Assembly (NCBI GenBank): GCA_002104905.1
Contig: MCFE01000050.1
Coordinates: 132,095 to 196,094 of the forward strand
DNA: 64,000 nt
Direction: 5' to 3'
Origin: Basidiobolus meristosporus CBS 931.73
Lineage: Eukaryota > Fungi > Basidiobolomycota
The notes under the pieces were generated by a model. It saw only the letters and a program-made list of their open reading frames with translations, made no database searches and was not told the DNA's origin. Shown piece after piece: positions 40,524-53,960 of the stretch. The stretch's first letter is position 1; every line of letters starts with the position of its first letter. A program made the position numbers and the translations under genes.

Positions 40524-43407
40524 ATGTCATTTGAGAATCTTCAACAATCAAAAAATCACGTCGCAGTTCAGCTGCCAAAGCCACCAAATCTTACGTCATC
40601 ACAACATGTAAATCTTGAATCCACCAACCCATATGATAACACTGAGATAGACAACGATCAGGGGAATATTATCAATCGTCAAGTAGATGTAAGCAAAGCA
40701 AATTACAAAGGAAAACACCTTGAGTTTGGTAACAGCTCTGTCGAGGACTGTACCAATAATAACCAAGGTCAAAACCATACATCAGACATTGATGACACCT
40801 TCACAGATCCAGCTTATGCCCAAGAAGCACTGAACCAACCTTTAGAGGCAAGCTCCTCGATTGACCGTCAAAAGAGAGGTATCTGGACAAACCATCCAGA
40901 GCAAGATTGTGATCGTAATGAGGATGAACATGCACCACTCCTTGGTGTTTCACAAAGGAGCAGAGCTTCTGGGCTCTCCCTTCGAGAAGGGTTTGCTAGA
41001 AGCCTCTTCTCATATATCTTAACTTCATCGAAAGCGATGGCAAAGCATATAAGGGCTTGGTGGCAGAGGCTTTCCTTCATATGGCGTTGGGTTCTTATTG
41101 CACTGATTATTTTACTAGCTCAACTGCTTTTGTTTGCTTTGGCAATCAGGCTGGTTAAACCAGGACTAGCTAAAGATATTTTGAAAAGCAGCGAGCTAAC
41201 GTTTAGTTCGGCCACTATATCTCATTTTCAGGAGTCTTCATTTCGAGTAATGACTAATGCCTCCATCGCAAATTTCCCCGAGTATTCAGTTACTTCCGAA
41301 CCCACTACCATCAACGTCTTGTACCAGGATAGGCTTATGGGCAAGATCGACATACCAGGGATATCACTTGGTCCCCATTCAAGTTGGTTTATGGTTAATT
41401 CAACCATGGAGATTCGAGAGCCACATACGATGAATGATTTCATGGATGATCTAATGACCACGGATAACCTCACCTGGAGCTTACAAGGGAATTTGATTTT
41501 ACACTCTGATGAATCGAAAACGCAGAATTTTACTTTCACAAAAGATGTGCAGCTGCACGGTCAGTATTGAATCGATGAAATATGCATATCAGAGAGACAA
41601 GCCCTGAATTGTTGACTCGGTATTTAGGTTTGACGACGGTTCGAGACTTGACTATGCCCTTCTTGGATTTATCGGCAAATGACGATGAGGGTGATGTCCG
41701 CGTGGATGCCGCAATCTCCCTGATCAACCCTTCCAACATGACCGTATTCCTTGAAAATATCCCGTTTGACATGCATTATAATGGTGTAAGGCTTACTCAG
41801 CTCCAGGCAGAGGATGTTACGTTAACACCCGGGGAAAACAGAATGACCATATCCGGGAGGATACACCCCGACTCGGAGCAAGACTATGAGGCTGTATCGG
41901 AGTTCGTGTCACGCTACCTAAGAGGAGAAAGTACAACGGTGCACATCCGTGGATCAGAATCGTCCATTGCTACACCATGGTTAGCGAAAGTCATTCAAAG
42001 CATGCAAGCAACGGCTCCAATCTCCGGATGGTCCACTCCTCCCATTATCACGGAGGCAAGTGTGCAGAATATAAGCAGTGGATTTCTTGGGACTGATTTG
42101 GTACCAGTGATAAGCGGATCATTTCGGGCAAAAATCAAGCGACCCACCTCGTTTCCTATGAAGGTCAGATACCTCACGCAGTTTTCCGAGCTGTGCATTT
42201 ACCATAGGGTTGCCGATGAGAAATGCATACCCTTTGCCCGGTTGGCGTTGATGTCCGTTCCGACGGAGAGCACAACAGCGAGCGACTTTGTGACCATCTC
42301 AGCAAACTTCGATCGAGCCCCTTTGATGCCAATCAAAGACAAAGACACGTTTGAATATGTGGTCAGGCGACTGTTTGCTGATGACGATCTGTCTTTCAAG
42401 ATCGCCGGAGCAACATCAATCGTAGTGGACACCATGTGGGGGGCGATGGAGCTGGATCTGCAGGACGTTGAACGAGATTTCTCCATCACAGGTAACTGAA
42501 AAGACTGGGGATGCATATCCCAGGAGTGATATTAATCGTTTTGTTTAATCATCCAGGAATGGCCAACTTCCGGAACCAGCCACCATCCATTACGAAGATG
42601 AACCTGGTCAAGGCCAAATCTGAACTTGCGTTTGAATTGGAAGTGAGCCTGTACAACCCAGGTAACTTCACATCAAGCTGGGGACCACTGATGTTTGACT
42701 TGGTATTAGAAGGCACGCACATCGGACAGGTGCTGATACCAGATTTCCGGATCAAGCCTGGAGAAAACCGTATTCCCTGCGTTGGCCACCTGTTTACTTC
42801 TGGTAACGACCAAGTCAACCATGCGATCCGGTCAATACTCAGCAGCTACATTTCAGGTAAGCTAATTTCCGACATCATTCACAAGCTCACCTAACGATTC
42901 CCATCAGGCTCAGAAACCGCTCTCAGCATTGCTGGCAATGAATATACCACGGAGATTCCGCGTTTATCCAACTGGTTCAAGAATTTTACCAGCGTCGTAT
43001 CGATACCTGGAGCTTCTGAGAGTTTGGTAGCAGACTCGGTGTTCCACATGATCTTCGTCAGTTTTACTACCCACATTCTAAATCCTATGCAGCAAGTGCC
43101 CTTAACAATCAATTACATCAATGCAACGCTCTCTGCGGAAGAGCAATCAATTGCCAGAATTGAGGCAAATCTCCAAAATTCGTGGTGGCTGTCGCCCATG
43201 ACCATACCTCCGGGCGAATTTCAGCGCACCCCCAGACTTCCACTACTCTTCAACCCCGCTGGGTACAAATTCCTTAGGGAATCGGGAAAGAGGACCGTAG
43301 AGGTTGATATGGTTGGCCATGTATTGGTGGTCGTTAACGAGGTTCAGATGTTACTAGAGTTTCAAGAAAAAGGCATTCCCGTTTTGATAGATGCAAGATT
43401 TTTGTAG
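40524..43407 (+). CDS. Single-pass membrane protein with repeated DUF3712/LEA-2-like beta domains, multi-exon
   Basis: Disordered N-terminus, TM helix WVLIALIILLAQLLLFALAI, and repeated (L/I)(I/Y)NP(S/G)N...G.(P/L)..D modules. Confidence 0.7.
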
Positions 43408-44396
43408 ATCTGAATATATTGCAAGTTGGCCAACATTAAATTCCTTTCATCAAGAGCGACACTAATTTGCAACCATAAAGAGTATCGTTCATCAGTCTGG
43501 CAAAGAGTAAGGTGAGAATCTGGCCAGTGTTGCCCATCAAAGGGTGAGAACCTTTTTACGGCCAATTAAACGGATAGTAAGGTGGAATAGCCAACTTGGG
43601 TTCGCAGGTCAAATTGTATCAAGAACGGTATTTTAATATGATTATACGAACTCCACATGCTCACGTAAACGTAATGTACATTGAATATACAACATGATAT
43701 CTCGAGCTAGCCTTGATCTTTTCCTATATATTATCCGCATTGCCCAAGCCGAGAATTCGATAGTTTTCAAGCAATCTCTATGCTTTTATATTCCGTATAA
43801 TGCTAACAGGAAATTTCTGGGTAAAGGGGTATTGATTTAGTAAATTCAAAATTTGTTTTTTGATTCGAAATTCACGACGTTCTCAGAGTAAATTTATGAT
43901 TAATCAACGAATGTGTCTTTTTAATATAACTGTCTTTTTCTGACTTTACCAGCCTGAAGGAAAGGACATTCACCGAGCACCTCGATCCTTTTTATTCGGT
44001 ATACAAGATCCTTCGTTCAAAAGCTCAAGAAATCTGAGGTCCCTTTTTATCGAAGAAGCTACTGCTAGTTTACCCTAAATTTCTAGTAGTCTTGGCTCAG
44101 CCCTAATCTTCCATCTTGTTCGTTTCTGACTCGTCTTTGCTTAAATTTCCCTCCCTTCCGCTCTGAAAAGACTCATCTTCCTACCAAAGTACCAAAGCGA
44201 TTGCTGCATCACTTTCGATCCATATTCTTGGTAAACCCACAGAAAGCAAACCAAGCTGCCTGATACACGAGATATTTTACGAATACCCAAGGGGAATGCA
44301 TCATCAATATTACTAGTTCTGGCAGAGATTAGAATTAGATCACACTACATCATCGAAAAAGCGAATTTCCGACTCGAACATTAAATAAGGCACACG

Positions 44397-47300
44397 ATGG
44401 AGATCTCTACGAAGCGACGTGTGAAAGTGTATGAATTGGGCGACGATAGTTCTTGGAAGGATAAAGGAACCGGCTATTGTGTCTGCATGTTTTATGAGGT
44501 AAGATCCTCAATACCACTTTTCGTTGTGGCTCTACTTCCACGCGCAGTGGTGATGAATATAACATATTAATGGTGTTGCGCTATAGGATAAAGAGGAGCT
44601 GGACCTTCTGGTTCGTTCTGAAGAAGAAAATGCACCAATCCTGCTGAACTCCAAAGTTGTCAAGGGGGATGTGTATCAGAAACAACAAGGTTGGTGATTT
44701 TTACGCGATATCGTTGCTACTTTGACATCATCTCTAAGGATGCAATTTACTAACGATTTTTGAAGAAACTTTAATTGTTTGGACCGAGCCAGATGGCCAA
44801 GATCTGGCTCTTAGCTTCCAAGAGGCTGAGGGATGTGCTGAAGTATGGTAAGTTGGATAATTTGGGGCTATTTTCTCATCTACCGAGAGAGAGTTGTATT
44901 GTAGCGAGTACCTGACCTCCTTCCTCTGTACAGGGATATGATTATGGATATGCAGAAGCGGCTTCCTGACCCACCAATAGGTTGGTTCATGTCATTCTTG
45001 AACGAAGTGAACGTTTACTGACCCGTTTCTCGCTCGTAAGACCCGAATTCATCGGAGTTTTTCCAAGATTCCGCTGACAGTTCAATCACTCTACCCCCTC
45101 CTGAGCTTTCAAATTTACCAGAGATAGAGGCAATCGTCAAGCAAGTTGGCCGGTTTGTATATGGCCGGGACAATTTAGTTAGTTACGTGATCCAAGAGGT
45201 AATTAGCCATTATTCAGATATCAATGCTTGCATGAACGCTCCAGTAACCTGGCAAACGTTTCGATCAAGAAATATATAGACAAACTTCTTCCTCTTCTGG
45301 AAATCTGCGAAGATCTAGACGATATTAAAGACTTACACATCCTCTGTAATATCATGAAAGGCCTAAGTAAGAGCATTCCCGTTTGCTGATCATCTTCGGT
45401 AGAACCATTCTCTTACGCACGCCCATGTGGCTCTTTCAGTTTTATTGAACGAGAATGCTATATTTGAATACATTGTCCAAGACGACGTGATCTTAGGCGT
45501 TGTGGGCATGTTGGAATGTAAGAAAATCCCTCACCCTGCACGCACCACACCTCGGCATACTCAAAGAGTTCCCCATTTTAGACGACCCGGACTACCCGAA
45601 TGCAAAAGCGCAGCACCGTGAATACCTGGCCAACAACTCCAAATTCAAGCAGGTCAGTTGACCCACTCGGACACTGCTACGAGCAGCCGTATCCTTAGTA
45701 ACTTTGAATCACCCAGATTGTTCCCATCAAAGATCCCACCGTGGAAAGCAAGATCCACCAAACGTTCCGTTTGCAATACTTGAAGGATGTAGTCCTGGCG
45801 CGGATTCTAGACGACAACACTTTCTCGATTTTGAACTCCCTGATCTTTTTCAACCATGTAGACATTGTCAATCATCTGCAGCACGACCATGAGTTTCTGA
45901 AGCAGCTTTTCGGTATCCTGGATAATGCAGAGGAGTCCAGCGAGCGAAAGCGCGACGTGATCTTCTTTGTGCAACAGTTCTGCGCGATCTCGAAGAATCT
46001 ACAGATGATGAGTCGGTCCGGGCTCTATAGAGCTCTGAGTCAACATGGGCTGTTTTGCATCTTCGACTATTCATTGCCTGACCCAGACTCCTCGGTTAGA
46101 ATTGTTGGTGCGGAGATTCTCTGCTCCATCTTGGACCATGACCCCAATCTAGTTCGTTCATACATCCTAGCCCAGGTCAAGCAATCCAGGAAGCCGCTGA
46201 TCGAGACGGTAATTGAGCGTCTTATCGCGGACGAGGACATAGGCGTCAAAGTACAGTACGCGGAGTTGATTAAGGTGCTGCTTGACACAAGTTCTGGGTT
46301 TGGGGATCACTCGTTGACCGGTCCGGCAGAGGTATGCTTCAAATTAGCTCAGACAGTGTTTCTTATCCAACAATCCTCACAATCCTCATCTCTAACCCAA
46401 AGGCTCTAATGCAACAAAAGAACGATCCCGAGGCCAACGAGCTGCTCACGCTGTTCTATGACCGCTTCATAAAGCAACTTTTCACTCCAATACTGAACCT
46501 TGCTGATTATAAAGAGGACGCTCAAGGTTTGCCCTGCTGCTAGCTTGCTTTCTATCCGGGATTTTTGTCTAACTCGCTATGGTCTTGTAGAATTGGTGTT
46601 CGATATTACCCAGTCGGCCTTATATTTCCATCTGTGCGAGCTGATGTGTCTGTTTATACGAGCCCACACTTTCCGGAGCAAATACTTTGTTCTTTCTACG
46701 AACATCGGTTCGAAATTCGTGACTCTGTTCAAGAGCCGCGATAAGCACCTGAAGCTTGGTAAATTGGTTTGAACTTTGTTATCTTGGGGATTCACAGATT
46801 AAGTAACATTACAATAGCTGCACTTCGTTTCATCAGAACGTGCGTTGGTATGCGGGATGAGTTCTACAACAAACATCTAATCCAGTACAACCTGTTCGCA
46901 CCAGTGGTAAACACACTTTTGCAAACCGGAAACCGCGATAATTTGGTGAATTCTGCTTGCCTGGAGCTTTTTGAATTCATCCGAAAGGTAGCTAACAGAT
47001 GCCTTGCTATTTCCATTTCCCGATCTCCACACTTACGCGGGCGTTTCTGATTCACAGGAAAACTCCACGAACCTAGTCAACCACATAGTCAAGGAGTACG
47101 GTGACCGCCTTGAGAAGGTTGATTATGTGGAGACATTCAAACTCTTACAGAGGCGTTATGAACAGAATATCGATAGTGCTAATACTAATGCCACGGCGGC
47201 CTCAACAACCGAAAGGTATTCATCGGGCTCTAACACCTTTCTGCTTTGACTATTGCTAACGCATCTTAATAGTGGGACTGTTCGTACCGGGCGCCAACCA

Positions 47301-47717
47301 GGCCAGTCCGCCTGGGAATCAGCGACTCTTGATGACGATGAGGAGGCATATTTCAACACTTCCGACGACGATGATGCCACTGATCAATCTGGGACCGATT
47401 CACCGAGCTCCAATATCACTCCAGTATCGACCGAAGACAAACCAAAGCCCAACGGTAGCCTGGTGAATTATTCTGATGAGGATGAAGACGAAACCTCTCC
47501 TAAGTTGAACTCCCTCGCCTCAGAAACAGAGCCCGAGAATCTGATCAACAAAGGGGAGAAGCGCCCTCGTCCTGAAGATGGGATCGACAGCGCTATGAAC
47601 GACAAAAAGCTTAAAGAAGCCGGAGCGAATGAGAAATCGACAAACGGGGATTCAAAACAAAACCAAGAGGATGAGGTTGCTACCGAGAAAACAAATGACC
47701 TGGCTCCTAGTGAATAG
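44397..47717 (+). CDS. PSY2: Protein phosphatase 4 regulatory subunit 3 (SMEK/Psy2), multi-exon
   Basis: RRVKVYEL...WKDKGTG (EVH1-like), [37 protein letters not shown], acidic tail. Confidence 0.93.
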
Positions 47718-48577
47718 TGATCTCTGCTATAAAACTGCTTATTTCCAAACTTATTTATGATAACTCTTGTCAGCAATAGATTATCGAAAGTTACTCCATT
47801 CTAACTTCCACCGAAGGGACCACGATTATCTTACCTTTATGCTCTTATTCATTCACCTTCCCGCCACTTTCTCTTACATATTCTTTCAGTTCTTTACCAT
47901 CACACCCTATGTTACTTCTACAACGGTCATTTTGTTCATCCTCTTTTCATACTGTACTCTAAAAATGGTTCTTTTCCACAAAAAAATCAACAAAACCCTT
48001 TCATCTCTAAAAATATAGGGTGTGCTACGTGCTCGCTAGGCTGAGGTACAGGTGTGTGCAAGTGCGCGTACGTATGTAGTCAGAATAGTCATTATTTGTT
48101 GGGGAAATGCTTGAGTCAGCTTTGCTCATTGTGAGAGCAGGAAAATTGGAGGGATTAAAATAGGATCATCAATTCAATAAATCGAATTACCATTTGGCTG
48201 ACACACACGCTTTCTTCGGGTGATACAGAGCGCATGCTCATAAAAGCACCGCTCCACCCATATTAGGCAATTCACTTAACGGACAAGAGGCATCGCCGAC
48301 GCTTACTAGCAAGCAGACAACCTATTCCGGAAGTTCATGTTCCACCCGCCAAGATAGATGGTAAGTAAGTATGGAGGCTATCAATTCTGAAAGTTATACA
48401 GAACGCTCGCATCGTTTGGGGTCGTACATGCTGTTTGACTCGAGAGTGAATTTGTTTCATCTGACACTTCAGAATGACTCACGATTCCTTAGCCAACTTA
48501 TAAATAATTCACTGTCACGCTTGACATGTTTACTCGCAACTCATTCGGTGCTATCATCAGTGCTTTCATATCATATC

Positions 48578-49546
48578 ATGGTTTGGTCCATAATTAACGC
48601 ATCGACACGTCAAAGAATACCTTCGATAGTACTGGTAAGTCCACTTTAACGTACTGTAGTTTGAGTTGCCAGATTACTAACTTGGTCTTGTTAGAATCGA
48701 TCTCTTGTCTATCGATTCGTTCCGTCGATAACGAGGCTTGATGCCGCCAAGGGGTATTCGACGTCCGACAACGCAGCCAGTGATCGTAAATCAGACAAGC
48801 CTCAACCAAGGTTCAAAAAACTCCCAGCCCTACCTAATCTTCCAACTCTTTCCGCCAAAGAGGCTGTCAGCAACATTGTATATAACACCCCTCCAACACC
48901 CTCCACCTCTGCTAGCAGACACGTACTGAATTGTCTTGTACAAAATGAGCCAGGCGTGTTGTCTCGCGTGACAGGCATCCTGGCCGCTCGAGGATTCAAT
49001 ATTGACTCACTAGTGGTCGCCAAAACCGAGGTGCCTGACCTTTCTAGAATGACCATCGTATTGATAGCACAGGACACCGGTGTAGAACAAGCAATGAAAC
49101 AGCTGGAAGATCTAACCCCCGTATGGGCGGTGCTTGATTACACGAATACCAAAATGGTTGAACGCGAATTGCTTCTCGTAAAAGTGTCAGTTCTCGGCGC
49201 TGACCATGAGCAGGCCATAATCCACGGAGAGCCTAATCCGGAATCCGATTTATCCCCCGGAATGCGCCTTTTGAAAACCCACGAGAACCTTAATGCATTG
49301 AATCGTCTAACAGAGATGTTCAGAGGCCAAATGTTAGACGTCAGCAATGACTGTGTTACTATCCAGGTTCCCGGAAAGTCGAGCAGAATTGATGCATTCA
49401 TGAAACTCGTCCAACCCTTTGGTATTCTGGAAGCATCGAGAAGTGGGATGATGGCAATGCCCCGTTCAATGGCTTACCATGAAGAAGAAGAGGAGTTTGA
49501 AGAGCAAAGCGAGCAGGTAGATGCTACCATGCTCCCTCCTGGTTAG
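48578..49546 (+). CDS. ILV6: Acetolactate synthase small (regulatory) subunit, mitochondrial
   Basis: HVLNCLVQNEPGVLSRVTGILAARGFNIDSLVV, DLSRMTIV, ERELLLVKV, GILEASRSGMMAMPR, ending DATMLPPG. Confidence 0.95.
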
Positions 49547-50458
49547 CCATGTGCACTGTATAGTAGTATAATGATTAATAAACCTTTTATTTCAATGTTC
49601 TGCATAATCAATACCAACATATACTAGTCTATCTTTTCCAACTAAGAATATGCTAAAATATTGCCTTACAAACGCCCCACAGTTTGTTGGATTTGATTCA
49701 AAATTGCCCTCTTATCTGCGCATTGAGTGAACCGTAGGAAAGTCCGCAAGATACCAATTCTGAAGACGTGGAACTTTGTATGATTACTGTTGGATACAGT
49801 AAAGTGAATTGTGCCCACTGCCTACTACGATGAGAAGACAATTGATGATTTATTCGAGCGTTTTAACAAAAGCTTTTTTAATACAGTGATTTGCGGCAAT
49901 AAGGTTAAAGGGCATGTTAATCCATCCATAGCTTTTCACATTCTCGGGTACGCAATCCTCATCACAGAAGGGCAGCCACCAGAAGAATGTGAAGAGGAAA
50001 ACTTCGGCTGATGATTCAATATATATGTATATTTATGGTTGAGGCCAGTGACAAAATTAACCGAGGAAATCCAGTAATCTGGCCAGGTACACACAACGTC
50101 AAAAAGCATGATTTCCAATTTTAATACATATCAAATCATGTAAAGCAGTCCAGATTCATGGATTTGCCATTCGGGGCTTTTGCCATTTCCACTCTCTTAT
50201 CGGCCCACCTCCCTAGGGCGTTTACACGGAAACGGCTATTGATGTTACAAAGCGTATATCGGTTGCTGGTCTAGCACCGTACTCTTAAGCAGTACTCCAA
50301 CATAGGTCTAATTTCCTCGAAATAATGGAGTCGGTTAGTCCATTGACAAACCATCCTTTCTTACTCTTTTATTGCTATACGCATTCAACTAAAAATACAC
50401 AATTGGGAACAAACCATGGTTTCCAACCTGGGCACTCCAACCCAGAAGGAGTAGCCAC

Positions 50459-53400
50459 TCACTTTTGCATGACGGTCTCAAACTTTTGTATTACTTTTTG
50501 TACATCCAACGGCTCCACTTCAAAATTCTTACCATCAGCATTTGTGCGACTCTCCTGTTCAATGAAACCACTCGCTGAATTGTAAATTCCCTGCGATGAC
50601 AAGGTGACCAAATCGATGCATCCAGCAAGAGGCTTGGTGAGGAAACTAATACTACCAGCAGCGAATCCCTTGCCCAATCCCGGCATCCCCTCCTTCATTG
50701 CACCTTTGACTGGCTTGGTGAAAAAGTCCGCGAACCCTGTAATCAACAGGCTTGTTAACGCTAACCTTGGCCCAGGAGTCGTTGAGTACCTACCTTCGCC
50801 CACGCCTCTTCCAAATTCCTTGAATCCCTTGGCCACACCGTCAACAGCTCCACCAACCATAGGAGTGGGTCTTACAGGCTCACTCTTGTCTATCAATGCC
50901 GTGGTGTTTCTGAAGCCATCCCCTAGGCTTTGCAGAGATTTCCCTCCTCCTAAACAATCGATAGAGATAAGCCACAAGTTGAAGTAAATTTCAACTCAGA
51001 CTACAAACCTAATATGGTATGTCCCAGCGTGCCCGCCAATCCCTTTCCGACTCCTAGTAGAATCTCCTTGGTAGCCTGATCGATCGGCTTGCCCTGTGCT
51101 TTCTGTATGCCCTTCGATGATTCCGAAACCACACTAGTCGTGCCCTTCACAAATCCATGGCATAGAGCCCATGCAGCGCTGACAGAAGCCGAGAGTAGGT
51201 TTTCCAGCACCACTTCAGTGTACCAGTGCTTTGGCCCATACGGGCGTAATTTGTCGGCCTTAATTCTCCCCTGCGATAAGAGAATCTCGGCTACCGCTGG
51301 GCAGAGCTTGAGACGCACATCTTCGGCGTAAAGAGTCGCCAAGCGGGTGGGCTCAACATCGCACATCATATCATCCAAAGGAAGATTGGCAAGAAAAGTA
51401 TCCACGGTCGCTATCGCCCCGTTCTCCGACTGAATCTTTCGCCCTATTTCCATCGCCTGTTGGAGAGTGTCGGCCGAGACGGCGAAACGAATAGCGTCAG
51501 CCAGATTTTCTTTAGTAAGCTGTTTAAATGGAATCGGTGGGGGGCCGCATCCGATATCGGCAGTCATTCTTCCCCAAAAGGGCTGGTCACCAAAGAACGG
51601 AACGATGATGGTGCTTTTTCCGGCTCTCAGGCCAGCGGCTGTGGTGCCAGCACCTCCATGATGACACACCGCAACACAGCGCGGAAACAGCCAGTCGTGT
51701 GGACAGTTCTCAATAATCATTACATCCTCGGGGATGGGAATCTCATCTCCACCCAAGCCACCCCACCCTTTGGAGACAAGAGCGCGGACCCCTGCTTGAC
51801 GAACTGCATCAAATATGGTCTTGGTCAGCTGATCAGGGTCATCTACCACTATGGAGCCGAAGCCAATGTAAACAGGAGGTGGTCCTGACTCCAAGAAGGT
51901 CTTCAGAGAAGATGATGGGCTGTACTCATTTGCTAGATCCAAAAAACTGAAGCCTGAGACGTTGATGTGTGGTCGCCAGTCTTGAGGTTTGGGGATTAAG
52001 CTTGGACTCCAGCAATAGGTATGGGGTACGCCCAGATCCTTGAGCAAGTATGGGCCAACTGTAAACTGTAATCCGGGCAGTTGTAGTGTGCGTTTGCGAA
52101 AATTGTTGATGATATCGCCTAGCCCTTGCCATGTTAGTGTTTCTATAGCATCGTAAGACAAGAGATTCACAACTTCACGAGGGCTGTTTGTGTAATCGAC
52201 CATGTTGGAGAGTGGGTGGGGAAAGGCGCGTGTGGGCGACCATGGCATAGTGAACATGATGTGTAACGGGATGCAGAGTTTCTCTGCGCAGTGGATGTGC
52301 GCAAAGGATGGCGGATTGGCGATGATCACATCAGCAAGAAATGGGCGTTGGTTTTCCTCATCCGGCTTTGTACTGACGGAAGGTTAGTGCTCGACGCGAC
52401 CGACGTATATCTTGATCATTACTTACCAAGAATCCCAAGCAGAATCAAGGATGTCCTTGATCATTCGACGCTTCTTGGAAATATCCCCCTCCTTGATGCT
52501 TTGAATGCTGGGTAGAAGGCCAGGATCTGAGTGCTCAGTTAGCTTCCGCCATGCAAAAGACTACCGTACGAAATGCATACTTACTCTTTACCATGTATGC
52601 CATGAGCTCAACTGGGTCTGAATAAGAGCAAGAATGCAAGGTTAGCCGTACAACGGGATAATACAACTACTGCAGACACAAACCCCCTGCTAAAGGATAG
52701 AACTCCAACCCAGCGTCTGTGATAAATTTCCGGAACGTTTCATGTGTTGCCAATCTAACCCGGTGCCCACGCCTAAGAAGCTCCTGACCAATAGGTAAAA
52801 AAGGCTGGACATCTCCGCGACTTCCAACAATTTGAATGACCACATTAAGGGAAGGAATGTAGCGGTCTTTCGTGTATTGCGGAACTTCGAAAATCGGCGG
52901 ATCGTCAACTAAATACCCATCTTCAACAATCGCGTCATGGATGGTAACATCAAAGCGGCCATCTTCGTGCATGTGTACTTCGTATGAATTAGGTTGAGGA
53001 TCAGGTGTCAATGCTGGATCGATTGTTGTAGAGTGCTTGTTGGCTTTTGCTGATTTCATGTACTTCTTGATTATCTTCTGGCGCCAATGCACGTACTCCA
53101 GGGGAGTAGCACAAGCCTGAGCAGTGCCAAAAATGGTTAAGGCAGGTATAGGGCATTTCAGGTTAGAAGCCATGACATTTACCTTGCCCACAATCGGAGC
53201 ACAAAGATGTTCAGTTGCTCTGACTCTGGCTACCTTTGCTTTCCATATCGCTTTATCATCGACCATCGCTTCCACAAAACTATCCACAAAAGTGCGGCAG
53301 TTATCCCATGCACTGTTGTATTTGGAATGTGTAGTATTCCAGGCCTCGACAAATCGAGCTGCGTCCTCCGGAGACTTCGATCGGTTAGCAAGCTAAGGTT

Positions 53401-53960
53401 TGGTGACAACTGCTACTAAAATATACCTTGTGAGTAGCCCCAACTTCAGTTAGTGTATCCAATGAATTCTTCTCTTCCCACGCACTGAGCATAGAATCAA
53501 CACTGGCTCTACCAGCACTAAGCTCTGTGACTAATGTTTCCATCGTCTAAGTACATGTATAAGCATGAGTGTCTGCTTGGTAAGTCATTGACAGTTGACA
53601 ACGGTTCACCTTAAACTTCTGTTCAACAAGGAGGATCTCGTACTAGGGAAAATGATATTATAGGTTGGCTCAATATTGAGAAAGTATTCGGCTAACCTTG
53701 AGTAGAGTCATTATTCCGGATTCCGGATAATCTTCCCAGGCGATGATGCTATAGGCATGTCGCGATCTTTGGTCAGTGTACAGCTGTTTCTCGATCCCGC
53801 GCAGGGCTGACAGGAAGTGGCCAGGTGCCTCTAGTGGAGAGGTTCCCACAAACACCCGTTTAGGCTCTGGATGTAGGTTCGAGGCTGAGGGCTTCTCTTC
53901 CTCCTTTTTCGAAGACCCACCAGTAAAATTCGAGCTAGAATTCTCCATATTGCTCATCAA
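50459..53960 (-). CDS. GT1 sterol 3-beta-glucosyltransferase-like protein (no PH/GRAM seen), multi-exon; 5' end uncertain
   Basis: IQIVGSRGDVQPF...GHRVRLATH, IIANPPSFAHIHCAEKL, PPVYIGFGSIV, PHDWLF...HHGGAGTTAAGL...VPFFGDQPFWG. Confidence 0.88.
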
